IMG/VR virus record: IMGVR_UViG_3300020044_006787
Coordinates: 1 to 43,450 of that record
Reading direction: 5' to 3' (one strand)
DNA length: 43,450 nt
From: a virus
Taxonomy: Duplodnaviria; Caudoviricetes
The notes below the pieces were generated by a model. That model searched no databases and was not told the origin of the DNA. It was given only the letters and a program-made list of their open reading frames with translations. The translations under genes and the position numbers were made by a program. Below, one piece after another: positions 1 to 9,058 of the stretch (position 1 is the stretch's first letter; every line of letters begins with the position of its first letter).

Positions 1-2
1 TT

Positions 3-170
3 GAATATGCTGGAATGAAAGAAGATGCAAGGCGTAATCGCATTGCTATTGAGATGCAAGAGGCTAAGCATAGAATTGATACAATAATTAAAAACGCTAA
101 AAACACTGGGCTTTACGCAGAACAAATTGCGCTTATGAAACAAGAAAGTAAATCTTATAAGCGGAGATAA
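3..170 (+). CDS. 3' end of a hypothetical protein (5'-truncated by window edge)
   Basis: Open frame from position 3 (EYAGMKEDARRNRIAIEMQEAK...YKRR) to TAA at 168-170; helical, charged composition. Confidence 0.6.
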   Translation, partial: EYAGMKEDARRNRIAIEMQEAKHRIDTIIKNAKNTGLYAEQIALMKQESKSYKRR

Positions 171-177
171 ACAGAAT

Positions 178-247
178 ACCACCAGTTTATGCCTTTTTTC
201 TGGTGGTTGCGTGCGACGGCGGTGGGTGACTGACCACCGCTGGCGCA
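178..247 (+). other. Two tandem GC-rich intergenic hairpins
   Basis: ACCACCAG(178-185)/CTGGTGGT(200-207) and TGCG-A-CGGCGGTGG(212-225)/CCACCGCTG-G-CGCA(234-247). Confidence 0.6.
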
Positions 248-273
248 TTTAACTTTAACAATGAGGTTTTATA

Positions 274-423
274 ATGATGTTTCTAGGTGCAATATTGATG
301 CTTTTTAATGGTTTTATGACTATATGTTTAGTTGATGCCGATGAACCCAAGCAAGCAATATTTTCGTTTTTCTTTTTCTTAGTTGGTTTATTTTTGGTTT
401 TATTAGATAAGTTTGCGGGGTAA
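274..423 (+). CDS. Small two-TM membrane protein (49 aa), not in ORF track
   Basis: GAGG RBS at 263-266; MMFLGAILMLFNGFMTICLV-DADEPKQ-AIFSFFFFLVGLFLVLLDKFAG; stop abuts next ATG at 425. Confidence 0.65.
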   Translation: MMFLGAILMLFNGFMTICLVDADEPKQAIFSFFFFLVGLFLVLLDKFAG

Positions 424-424
424 T

Positions 425-607
425 ATGAGTGTATTTGCGGTTGTTAAATTACGAATGATTGATGCAAACGGGCGTGAGCATTGGGCGGTTTATGAGCCTA
501 ATAAACATAGAATTGATTGCGTTAGTTATGAAGCCGCTATTGAATTATGCAAACAGATTAATTTAGAAATTGAGAAAACATTAAATATTGGGGGATATAA
601 ACCATGA
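425..607 (+). CDS. Hypothetical protein
   Basis: ATG at 425 directly after upstream stop; ATGA overlap with next gene. Confidence 0.65.
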   Translation: MSVFAVVKLRMIDANGREHWAVYEPNKHRIDCVSYEAAIELCKQINLEIEKTLNIGGYKP

Positions 608-1209
608 CTGGGTTTCTATCAACTGATACAATAATTCAAAGAGTTGAACGCATTAAAACAGTTTATGAATTGCGCAAGCAAGGATTGAATAAAAATCAAA
701 TAATGGAAAAAACTAATTGTAATTATGTGCAAATATACAATGATATTAAAATCGCAAGCAAATCATTAGAAAATTGTTATGCGGTTGAAAACTTAAGCGA
801 TGAGCAATTACAATCTGCCATTGATAATTATATTAGTAACAAACCTATGGTTAATTTAATTAAAAATATTACAATAGATAAAATAACATATATGTATTTT
901 ATTGCATTATATGTAAAACCAATTCATAAAAAATTAAGATTGCAACAAAAAAAAAGAGATGAAGGCAAAAGAAATACACTTAATAAGTGTGAAAAAATTG
1001 AAAAACCAAAGCTTAAAAAGCCAAAGACTATTAAGCCTGTAATTCAGGAAGTGCCAATACCCGAGCCAGTAAAAGCACCAACAAAAGAACTTTGGGATTT
1101 TAGCGGTGAAAACATTATTGAAACTAAACGTCCAGTGTTGGTGCAATTTCATGGTAAATCATCAGGATTAGGTCATGGTTGCGCTGCTAATATGTGTGCG
1201 GAGGGGTGA
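604..1209 (+). CDS. Hypothetical protein with possible N-terminal HTH
   Basis: VYELRKQGLNKNQIMEKTNCNYVQIYNDIK resembles an HTH; Lys/Pro-rich linker; coupled to upstream gene. Confidence 0.6.
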   Translation: MTGFLSTDTIIQRVERIKTVYELRKQGLNKNQIMEKTNCNYVQIYNDIKIASKSLENCYAVENLSDEQLQSAIDNYISNKPMVNLIKNITIDKITYMYFIALYVKPIHKKLRLQQKKRDEGKRNTLNKCEKIEKPKLKKPKTIKPVIQEVPIPEPVKAPTKELWDFSGENIIETKRPVLVQFHGKSSGLGHGCAANMCAEG

Positions 1210-1266
1210 TTTATATTAGCGTTTCCTGTGTCATACGCTTACCTTATCCATCATGTCTTTCATGTT

Positions 1267-1638
1267 TTAATCTAATAATTTGCATTTACAATCTTGAATG
1301 ATAATAGCTCCCGTATTACCCCATATTTTATATTCATGCGTTTCGTTAATATGGCTATCATCATCATATATACTATCAAGCAATGCCTTCATTAGGTTGT
1401 CTTTATCGGGTTTTAATGTATGTGGTTGCCCCAATAAGGCAGCACGTTTCTTTTTGCTATATGATGCAGGAAATGGAATAACAAACGTAACCGCTTGACC
1501 ATTTTCATATTGCACATCATATAATTTCACTTCATCACGGAAAGCAAAATAACGCATAACGCAATCACGCTTATTCCATTTGTCGGATTGCGTCATTCTA
1601 GGGGCAGGACAAGGGGTAATTGGATAAGATTTTTTCAT
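1267..1638 (-). CDS. rusA: RusA-family Holliday junction resolvase
   Basis: Motifs PAPRMTQSDKW and KPDKDNLMKALLDSIYDDDSHI (conserved Asp/Lys residues); start trimmed to ATG at 1638. Confidence 0.85.
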   Translation of the reverse strand: MKKSYPITPCPAPRMTQSDKWNKRDCVMRYFAFRDEVKLYDVQYENGQAVTFVIPFPASYSKKKRAALLGQPHTLKPDKDNLMKALLDSIYDDDSHINETHEYKIWGNTGAIIIQDCKCKLLD

Positions 1639-1639
1639 A

Positions 1640-1846
1640 TTAAAACGGCACTCCCCACCATTGCCAAGCATTGCAAGCCACTGGCTTTATATCTTCGGGT
1701 ATTTGCCTATTGTTATTTGCTGTGCATAAACCCATACTGTAAAATTCACAATTTGCGCACTCTTTTTTATCAGGTAATGATTTAAGAATATCTATTGCAC
1801 GTTGCAAACTCTCAATTAAATAATGCTTATCTTGGGGTAAAATCAT
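1640..1846 (-). CDS. Small Cys-rich (CxxC...C...C) hypothetical protein ending in VPF
   Basis: CANCEF...GLC...AC; likely start at ATG 1846 overlapping the helicase end. Confidence 0.6.
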   Translation of the reverse strand: MILPQDKHYLIESLQRAIDILKSLPDKKECANCEFYSMGLCTANNNRQIPEDIKPVACNAWQWWGVPF

Positions 1847-3443
1847 AATATAGAACCTCGTAATATTTGCTATCAGGTTGTTTTTTAATATATACTGTTT
1901 CAGGCAGTATAGCATGTTCTTTTGCTATTGCGATTAATTCAGTGACACTAGTTGCTTTCAAATGTTCGCCATTTGGAAACCATTGCTTTAATCGCTTTGA
2001 TGCTCTGGCTAATCCTAGCCATTCGCTGCAATATCCTGCAACTCCCCAATGATAATCTATGCGCATTGTTTCATTGCCATTGTCACGCTTTATATGATGC
2101 TCAAAGAATATATTGCTTGGGTGAATGCCTAATTTAACCTCAATAGGTTTGTTGATAATATCACCTTGTGCTGCAATATCTTCATGCGGTGCTTTTTGCA
2201 CAAATGGCGCACCGCATTTAATACAGTGTGTAGCTTTAGCGTGATTAACTTCCTCGCAACCCTCAAACATTGGTTCTAGGTTTTTAGTAATGCACCGCTT
2301 AAATGGTGCAGTTCCCGCTTCACCACTATCAGTTAATGCTTTTTTGCCCTGTGGTTGGTTGTCAATCGCTCCAAATCTATCAACATTACCGCCATAATCA
2401 AGCAATAATCCATATTCTTTACCTTCAAATAATCTTGTTAATCTTCCCACCATTTGAACATAAAGCCTTCTTGATTTAGTGCTGCGCAATAACACAACAC
2501 AATCTAATCTAGGAATATCTATACCAGTTGTAAGAACATCATTATTGCACAAATAATCATAAGTGCCATTTTTAAGGTTTTTTAATGATTGTTCTCGTTC
2601 ATTAACTGGCGTTTTATCATAAACTACTTTACCTTTTAATCCTCGTGTCTGTAATAATTTATGCGTATGTTGTGCATGTTCTACTCCAGCACAAAAAAAC
2701 AAAAATGATTTTTGTTGTGTGGCTCTTTGGAATGTATCATTAAGCGCACGCTCGGTCACACAATTAGCCATAAAAGCATTTTGCATGCCTCTTTGGTTAT
2801 ATTCACCCGCAACAGTCCGAACATTGGATAAATCTACTTGCTCGGCAGTTGGTGCTTTTGTATATATTGGTGACAAATAGCCACGTTCAATTAATTTTGA
2901 TATTGGATATTCAAAACATATATCTGTGAATATTTCACCATTAAGTAAATGCCCCCCTGCCATGCGATAAGGCGTAGCAGTAAATCCAATGACTTTAATA
3001 TTAGGGTTGTTTTTCTTTAATCTATTTACAAAAGAATGATATCCTCCTTCCGCTTTGTTTGGGATTAAATCTGCTTCATCAACAATAATCACATTGCGAT
3101 AGCCAAATATTTCAGTTTTATTTCGCATGGATTGAATGCCACCAAATATAATAGGGTGATGCGCCTGTTTTTTGCCAAGCCCTGCACTGTATATTCCTGC
3201 GGGCGCATTATGCCATAAAGTCATTAGCTTTTCATGGTTCTGCGCTATCAATTCTTTAACGTGAGTTGCCATAATAAACCGCTGGTCTTTATCCATAGCC
3301 ATTGCAGAGCGTATTAACTCGGCAATCACAACAGATTTACCGCTTCCAGTTGGCAACACAACAAGCGGATTGCCTTTATTACCTTGTGCAAAATACTCAT
3401 ACACGCTATTAACTGCGTCAATCTGATAATCACGGAGCTGCAT
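1827..3443 (-). CDS. Superfamily 2 (DEAD/DEAH-like, RadD/YejH-type) DNA helicase with C-terminal zinc finger
   Basis: Q motif LRDYQ, Walker A PTGSGKS, DEAD, TAT, motif V LTTGIDIP, motif VI QMVGRLTR, Cys cluster near C-terminus. Confidence 0.92.
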   Translation of the reverse strand: MQLRDYQIDAVNSVYEYFAQGNKGNPLVVLPTGSGKSVVIAELIRSAMAMDKDQRFIMATHVKELIAQNHEKLMTLWHNAPAGIYSAGLGKKQAHHPIIFGGIQSMRNKTEIFGYRNVIIVDEADLIPNKAEGGYHSFVNRLKKNNPNIKVIGFTATPYRMAGGHLLNGEIFTDICFEYPISKLIERGYLSPIYTKAPTAEQVDLSNVRTVAGEYNQRGMQNAFMANCVTERALNDTFQRATQQKSFLFFCAGVEHAQHTHKLLQTRGLKGKVVYDKTPVNEREQSLKNLKNGTYDYLCNNDVLTTGIDIPRLDCVVLLRSTKSRRLYVQMVGRLTRLFEGKEYGLLLDYGGNVDRFGAIDNQPQGKKALTDSGEAGTAPFKRCITKNLEPMFEGCEEVNHAKATHCIKCGAPFVQKAPHEDIAAQGDIINKPIEVKLGIHPSNIFFEHHIKRDNGNETMRIDYHWGVAGYCSEWLGLARASKRLKQWFPNGEHLKATSVTELIAIAKEHAILPETVYIKKQPDSKYYEVLYYDFTPR

Positions 3444-3858
3444 TAAATAATTCCTTTATACAATGAATAATATATTTAGCTTCATTTGGACTTTTAATAG
3501 AACCAGCGTGAAAATTTTTTCCTATTTTTTCAGATATTTTTTTATAAACTTCTTTTCTAGTCAATATTCCATTTTGCCATATTGGGTCAATAATATCATG
3601 TATTTCTATACGTAATTCTCTTAACTCGCCTGTTGGAATAAAAAGAAAATTTTTATTATAATTTTCTCTAAAACCAACATAATTTTTGCAATGATTGCAT
3701 TGATAAAAACGATGATTATGCAAATCATTTCTATGAGGATAAATAATTTCACCATTGACAAGTGTTACATTAACATCATCATTGCACTGAACACAAAATA
3801 GTTTTTCTTTTATACTCTCTATGGCTTTAATCTTTTTGATGTATTTAGTTCTAACCAT
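3430..3858 (-). CDS. DUF3268-like zinc-finger protein
   Basis: CVQC...IYPHRNDL...FYQCNHCKNYVG...LRIEIHDIIDPIWQ...FHAG pattern; start trimmed to MVRTK. Confidence 0.7.
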   Translation of the reverse strand: MVRTKYIKKIKAIESIKEKLFCVQCNDDVNVTLVNGEIIYPHRNDLHNHRFYQCNHCKNYVGFRENYNKNFLFIPTGELRELRIEIHDIIDPIWQNGILTRKEVYKKISEKIGKNFHAGSIKSPNEAKYIIHCIKELFNAAP

Positions 3859-4579
3859 GACATTCCTCCGCATAATCGCACCATCTGCACATGTAAAAAT
3901 CGGGCTTCTCACTTATTCGCATTAATGGCTCTTTTGCCCTGATAATCCTATCTGCTCTATCTATAAGCATTTTGGCATATCCTTTATCATATTCAGTTCT
4001 ACAGCTATCAAAATCTCTAACGCCTGATAATGACACAGTCATATAATGGCGTGTCACGTCCATATAGTGCATATAGATTTGCGCTTGCCCATAATAAACA
4101 ATATCCCAATGTTGTAAGGTTGCCTTTTCACCATGTTTTGCTTTAAGATTTTGAAACTCTGCAAACTTTTTATGGTTAGTATCTTTGTGTTCCCACAAAT
4201 GAACAGTCTTAGGGGCTTGATGCAATCCTCTTATCATGCCGTCTATATGCCCTGCAAACTTACCCTCTAAATCAGTAAAGCCGATTTGCTTATCATCATC
4301 GCCATGCGTAACAAGTTCTATACCCTCTATTAAACGCAAATAAGCTGCCATAGTATCTTCTGCCCTATGTCCACAATTTACGGCTAAATGCCCTTTATCA
4401 TTCATTGGTTTGCGCAATTCGGGGCGGTGGTAACTATACCATGTTTTGCGCTCGCATGGTTGCCCTACAGAAGATGCCCCTAAATAATTGCGTGGCTTTT
4501 GATTGCGCTCAATATCGCATAATATTTCACGCAAACGCTCTAATGTTGGGTCATTTTCTGTAAAGGCAACCATTATCAT
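3851..4579 (-). CDS. Cas4-like PD-(D/E)xK exonuclease
   Basis: YLGASSVGQPCER, GHIDG, WEHK, QAQIYM, C-terminal CRWCDYAEEC (4-Cys Fe-S-type arrangement). Confidence 0.85.
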   Translation of the reverse strand: MIMVAFTENDPTLERLREILCDIERNQKPRNYLGASSVGQPCERKTWYSYHRPELRKPMNDKGHLAVNCGHRAEDTMAAYLRLIEGIELVTHGDDDKQIGFTDLEGKFAGHIDGMIRGLHQAPKTVHLWEHKDTNHKKFAEFQNLKAKHGEKATLQHWDIVYYGQAQIYMHYMDVTRHYMTVSLSGVRDFDSCRTEYDKGYAKMLIDRADRIIRAKEPLMRISEKPDFYMCRWCDYAEECHG

Positions 4580-4583
4580 AATA

Positions 4584-5027
4584 TTACCAAGCTGGCTTGT
4601 TAAAAGTTTTTGGCTGCGCAGTTGGCGCAGGGGCTTCGCTCGCTGCATTAGCTGGCTTGATATAATTTAGCTTATTATACGTTTTGCCGTTATAAGTTGT
4701 GTGTTTAACTTGCGCAGAAAACACGCCATCAATCATATCATCAGTATCTAAACCAGTTGGATTAGGCTTGCGTCCAGTTACGCCAAAATAGATTTTGCCT
4801 AAATCTTGCGCTGCATATTTGCGAGTATCTGAACTTTCATGATTTGTTTGATAAAGCACAGTGTAAGTTTTATCATCATCTTTATTCAAAAACTCTAATA
4901 CAATCCCTTGCTTAATTGCTTCGGCTGAAACAACTTTAATTAAATATTCTCCCTCTGGCGGATTATAATTGTTGTAATCATTTGCTTCTGGGTCAAATCC
5001 TTCATAATCATATTCTACTTTAACCAT
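4584..5027 (-). CDS. DUF669-like single-stranded DNA-binding protein
   Basis: PPEGEYLIKVVSAE start, Ala/Pro-rich tail ending KPAW; lies right after a Sak4-like gene. Confidence 0.65.
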   Translation of the reverse strand: MVKVEYDYEGFDPEANDYNNYNPPEGEYLIKVVSAEAIKQGIVLEFLNKDDDKTYTVLYQTNHESSDTRKYAAQDLGKIYFGVTGRKPNPTGLDTDDMIDGVFSAQVKHTTYNGKTYNKLNYIKPANAASEAPAPTAQPKTFNKPAW

Positions 5028-5038
5028 AATATTTACTC

Positions 5039-5791
5039 CTAATTGTTGTTGTTAAATGGATTAGTGCCTATCGCTGAAATAAAACTATTCCAGTTGCAGG
5101 TTACTTGTTTTGGTAATCCGAGGCGGTTTTTTGTTTTAGTGCCAAGCATATTTTCAGCATACAAAATTGTTTCGCCTTGGATTTTGCCGTTTGGTGCTTT
5201 ATCGCTATCAATCATTTTCTTTTTAACTAATAGCACCGCATCAGCCCATTCTATCGCTGCCCCTGCAAACTTTTCATGCAGCTTTAACGTATATTCATCA
5301 AAGTCACCATCAATAGGGTCATCACGTTTTTTAACCAAGGTATGTGCCGTTAAAATGATTGACATGTTTTTTTTGTCACGCACTTGGTCTAACCTTTCAC
5401 GCAAATCAATAAATTTGTTGCAAGCTAAAATATAACCATTGCCATAGCCTGTTGCAGCATTGGTTTTTTCTGTGATTGTTTTTGCTTTTACTGATGTGCA
5501 AATATCTTCATGGATTAATCGCTCCAACCAATCCAAACTGTCAATCACAAGCGTTTTATAGTCATGCTCTTCTTTAATAACTGCATCAATCAATTCTAGC
5601 ACCGCAGCATAGTTTTTAGGTTTTGCCTTGGCAACATCTATATAATCAGCACTGCCCTCTAAATCAATCAATAATGGCTTTGTTGCTGATGCTGCAAATG
5701 TAGTTTTGCCAATTCCTGCTTCACCATAAACAACTATCCTAGGTGGTTTTGCCCCGTGTTCATTTGTTACTACTTTTTGCAATAATGACAT
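5039..5791 (-). CDS. Sak4-like AAA_24 ATPase / single-strand annealing protein
   Basis: Walker A YGEAGIGKTT, IDLEG, Walker B TLVIDSLDWLE, GYGNGY, ILTAH, KNR motif. Confidence 0.85.
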   Translation of the reverse strand: MSLLQKVVTNEHGAKPPRIVVYGEAGIGKTTFAASATKPLLIDLEGSADYIDVAKAKPKNYAAVLELIDAVIKEEHDYKTLVIDSLDWLERLIHEDICTSVKAKTITEKTNAATGYGNGYILACNKFIDLRERLDQVRDKKNMSIILTAHTLVKKRDDPIDGDFDEYTLKLHEKFAGAAIEWADAVLLVKKKMIDSDKAPNGKIQGETILYAENMLGTKTKNRLGLPKQVTCNWNSFISAIGTNPFNNNN

Positions 5792-6228
5792 TATTTTAAC
5801 TCCTTAATTGTTATAGTTGGATTGCCTACATTAACAGTTCTTGCTTGCTCAAACTCACCACGATAAATAGATGGCATGTTTTTATAGCGTGTTTCTGATA
5901 CCGATAATTTACGGTCTATATATTCGCTTGCATCTTGCCCTGACGCTTCAATTTTACCCCACAAATCAACAAGCAAATCATTATCCCAAGTAACTTTTTT
6001 AGAATAATTTAAGGTAACTTTTACAGTTAATCCATTGATTGTTGCGCTGCCTGTGCCGTAATCTTTATCTAATTGGTTTTTAATATTATCTTCATTTAGT
6101 TTTACAATTTGTTGTTCAATATTTATTTTAATTGAGTCAATCAATTTGCGATTAGCTTGTGCGCCTTGCTCAATAGCTTTTAATTGCTGCCATTGATTAA
6201 TTAATGCTTCTGTTTGTTCTATTGTCAT
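5791..6228 (-). CDS. Phage protein heading the recombination operon (coiled-coil N-terminus)
   Basis: Translationally coupled to the Sak4-like gene; KVTWD...YID.KLSVSE pattern; AGGA RBS. Confidence 0.7.
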   Translation of the reverse strand: MTIEQTEALINQWQQLKAIEQGAQANRKLIDSIKINIEQQIVKLNEDNIKNQLDKDYGTGSATINGLTVKVTLNYSKKVTWDNDLLVDLWGKIEASGQDASEYIDRKLSVSETRYKNMPSIYRGEFEQARTVNVGNPTITIKELK

Positions 6229-6248
6229 TTTATTTATTCCTTTTTACA

Positions 6249-6293
6249 TGTTGACAAAATTAAACATAATGTATTATAGTTTTTATGTCAACA
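6249..6293. promoter_or_regulatory. Overlapping divergent sigma70-type promoters
   Basis: Plus: TTGACA 6251-6256, 18 nt, TATAGT 6275-6280. Minus: TTGACA 6291-6286, 17 nt, TATGTT 6268-6263. The two -35 boxes form a TGTTGACA/TGTCAACA inverted repeat. Confidence 0.75.
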
Positions 6294-6331
6294 ACAAAAA
6301 ACAAAAATAATTTAACAAAATAGGATTATAT

Positions 6332-6505
6332 ATGTATAATGATAGAACAATATATCATGATGATGATTGCGGAACAAAAAGAGAATATTTAGGACTGAGA
6401 ATTGATGCTAAATTAAAAAAAGAGTTAGAGGAATTGGCAAGGGATAACAAAAGAAGTCTTTCTGGACAAGTTGAATTGATTTTAGAGCAAGCAATTAACC
6501 AATAA
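6332..6505 (+). CDS. Arc/Mnt-like ribbon-helix-helix transcriptional regulator (57 aa), not in ORF track
   Basis: YLGLRIDAKLKKELEELARDNKRSLSGQVELILEQAI matches the RHH pattern; AGGA RBS upstream. Confidence 0.85.
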   Translation: MYNDRTIYHDDDCGTKREYLGLRIDAKLKKELEELARDNKRSLSGQVELILEQAINQ

Positions 6506-6517
6506 GGTTTTGAATAT

Positions 6518-8734
6518 ATGTCTATATTTGCAGATAACGCACAAAGATACTTTGAGGCGGGGTATAATATATTGCCTTTAGCCAAAGGAGGCAAGCAACC
6601 AGTTGTTAATGGCTGGCAGGAATGGGGCAAGCGGAAGCAGCCACAATTTCAGATTGATAATTGGGTCAATATTTATGGTGATGGTAATATTGGATTGCCA
6701 CTTGGTGAAAGCAATAATGTTATTGCACTTGATTTTGATATAGATGTTGACGGATTACATGCAAAAATCATTGCTATGATAAAGCCTTCACCAGTGCGTA
6801 AAGTTGGCGCAAAGGGTTTTACGGCTTTTTATCGTTATAATGGTGAGCGTAATAGGCGATGGAAAACGGAAGGTGAAACAGTTGTTGAGTTGCTATCAAC
6901 TGGCACTCAAACAGTTATGCCATATTCCATTCACCCTGATACTGGCAAGCCGTATATATGGCTAACAGAGGATAACTTGCTTGATTATGATGCCATGGAT
7001 TTACCACAATTACCTAATGATTTTATTGATAAAGTTGATGAATTATTTGGAATTAAGCGAAAGATTATTGAATATAGCAGAACTAATAAGCGAAAGATTA
7101 TTGAATATAGCAGAACTAATGAAGGTGGCGATATTGAGTTAGATACTGTTAAAAGTGCATTACAGTATATTGCAGCAAATGAATATTCTACTTGGATTGA
7201 AATTGGTATGGCGTTAAATCATACTTATGGCGATGTTGCGTTTAATGTGTGGGATAGTTGGAGCGCAACGGCTGCAAATTATGACCCTGCCAAAATGGAT
7301 TACAAATGGCGTTCATTCGGGGCTTATACGGGTTCAAAAATTAGTGCAGCAACTATTTTGCATTATGCTATTGGTGGTGGGTGGTTGCCTCCTAGATTAC
7401 TTAATGATGATGCGGTTATTGTAGTTGGCGAAAAAAGCAAAAAGCCAAGTAAGAAAAGCAATGTGCAGAAAATGCAAATTGCAAATGAAACAAATAATAG
7501 CATTCCTGACCATTTGTTAAACGCTCCTAATTTGGTTGGTGAGCTTGTAAATTGGATTGAGAGTTGTGCGATACGCAAACAACCCGCCTTGGCTCTGGGG
7601 GCGTCCATAGGGGCGGTTGGCACTGTTATGGCACATAGATTTAGAACTCCTAGCGATTTGCGTAGCAACATGATGACTTTGGGTATATGTGGCTCGGGTA
7701 TGGGTAAAGACCATGCTAGAAAGTGCATATCTATGTTATTTAATGAAGTTGGTATGGGCGAAAAGTTGCTTGGTGACTTTGCTAGTGATACAGCGGTAAT
7801 TAGTGCATTACATAGCAGGGCAGGAATTGGATTTGCTATGACTGACGAAATAGGCGATGCTTTGGCTGCAATGGGTAGTAAAAATGCAGGAAGTTATGAA
7901 GCTAGGATTTTACGGATAACTAAAGAATTATTCAGCAGTGCTAATACTGTTTATTTGGGTAAGGAGTATGCTAACCATGATGGCAAGATGGAAGCAAAGC
8001 GGATTAATCAACCTTGTTTGTCGGTTTATGGAACTAGCACCGAGAAGCAATTTTATGATGCTTTAAGTGGCGATAAAATCCTAGATGGGTTTTTGCCTAG
8101 ATGGTTAATATTTGAAGGCAATGGACATTCACAAAAAACAGGTAAAATGAATAGCGTTATAAATGCCCCTGATAGCCTCATAGAAGCATTTAGAAAGATT
8201 TATGACATAAACCCAGCTGGTGATAATCCTTCGCTTGTGGTTGGGCGTATAAAGCCTCGTGTGGTAGATATATCAAACGGCGCAGCGGATAAGTTTAATC
8301 AACTTGATGATTATGCAGAGGAAATGCGCTTAAAGGAATATGATAAAAAAAGCGGTTTTGATGCGCTTTATGCCCGTATTCCTGAACATGCTTATAAATT
8401 AGCGTTAGTTGCGCATGGTGAAGGCGGTATTAACGCAAGCGTGGCAGCGTGGGCTTGCGAATTGATGATGCATTTATCGGCGCGCATGGTTGCCATTGCT
8501 AAAGAGAATATAGGCAATAATGATTATGAGCGTGACTTAATGGCGGTTTTAAGATTTATTGCAGCGAATGAAGGGGGAATAAACAAAAAACCTATTATTC
8601 AAAAATTCAGACGGATAGCTTTACAGGACTTAAATAAAATATTGCATCATTTGGCAGAAAGTGGTAGCGTTGAAGTTGAAGAAAAGTCATCAAAGGGTAA
8701 TAATAAGCCGATGCACGTTTTTCATGCAGTTTAA
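6518..8734 (+). CDS. Bifunctional primase-polymerase (Prim-Pol) + PriCT-2 + DUF3987-like helicase
   Basis: GNIGLPLG/ALDFD and PYSIHPDTGKPYIW (Prim-Pol); YSTWIEIGMAL...WDSWS...KWRSF (PriCT-2); GSGMGKD Walker A and TDE Walker B. Confidence 0.88.
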   Translation: MSIFADNAQRYFEAGYNILPLAKGGKQPVVNGWQEWGKRKQPQFQIDNWVNIYGDGNIGLPLGESNNVIALDFDIDVDGLHAKIIAMIKPSPVRKVGAKGFTAFYRYNGERNRRWKTEGETVVELLSTGTQTVMPYSIHPDTGKPYIWLTEDNLLDYDAMDLPQLPNDFIDKVDELFGIKRKIIEYSRTNKRKIIEYSRTNEGGDIELDTVKSALQYIAANEYSTWIEIGMALNHTYGDVAFNVWDSWSATAANYDPAKMDYKWRSFGAYTGSKISAATILHYAIGGGWLPPRLLNDDAVIVVGEKSKKPSKKSNVQKMQIANETNNSIPDHLLNAPNLVGELVNWIESCAIRKQPALALGASIGAVGTVMAHRFRTPSDLRSNMMTLGICGSGMGKDHARKCISMLFNEVGMGEKLLGDFASDTAVISALHSRAGIGFAMTDEIGDALAAMGSKNAGSYEARILRITKELFSSANTVYLGKEYANHDGKMEAKRINQPCLSVYGTSTEKQFYDALSGDKILDGFLPRWLIFEGNGHSQKTGKMNSVINAPDSLIEAFRKIYDINPAGDNPSLVVGRIKPRVVDISNGAADKFNQLDDYAEEMRLKEYDKKSGFDALYARIPEHAYKLALVAHGEGGINASVAAWACELMMHLSARMVAIAKENIGNNDYERDLMAVLRFIAANEGGINKKPIIQKFRRIALQDLNKILHHLAESGSVEVEEKSSKGNNKPMHVFHAV
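7055..7120 (+). repeat. Perfect 33-bp tandem duplication (KRKIIEYSRTN x2)
   Basis: AAGCGAAAGATTATTGAATATAGCAGAACTAAT at 7055-7087 and 7088-7120. Confidence 0.95.
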
Positions 8735-8740
8735 TTAAAA

Positions 8741-9041
8741 TTGCAAGGTGTATTCAAGGTGTTGGCAGGGTGCAGAATAAAAATACACCTTGCAACATAT
8801 TGAAAATAAAGAATAAAATAGCTAAAAATAGGCGCAAGGTGCAGGGTGTAAGGGGGTATTAATATACCCCCATTTTTTTGTGTATTTTTTGGATAAGTAT
8901 GCACCCCCTTACACCCTGCACCTTGAACTATATATGTATATATATATTATATATATTATTATTATAAATCAATACGTTATGTTTGTTGTGTGTGCGATTT
9001 GCAAGGTGTAAAAATAAAATACACCCTGCAACACCTTGCAA
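8741..9041. other. Putative replication origin: nested inverted repeats of (G)CA(A/G)GGTG plus an AT-rich tract
   Basis: 14-bp IR 8741-8754/8782-8795; 23-bp IR 8835-8857/8903-8925; 11-bp IR 8999-9009/9031-9041; (TA)n-rich stretch ~8929-8968; directly downstream of the primase-helicase. Confidence 0.7.
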
Positions 9042-9058
9042 TGTCTTTGCAATTTATT

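Noticed and set aside
3851-4579. Cas4-like nuclease as evidence of a CRISPR system
   Set aside because: No repeat-spacer array or other cas genes; it sits in a standard phage recombination module
6355-6630. 91-aa minus-strand ORF
   Set aside because: Antisense to the RHH regulator and primase; shadow ORF
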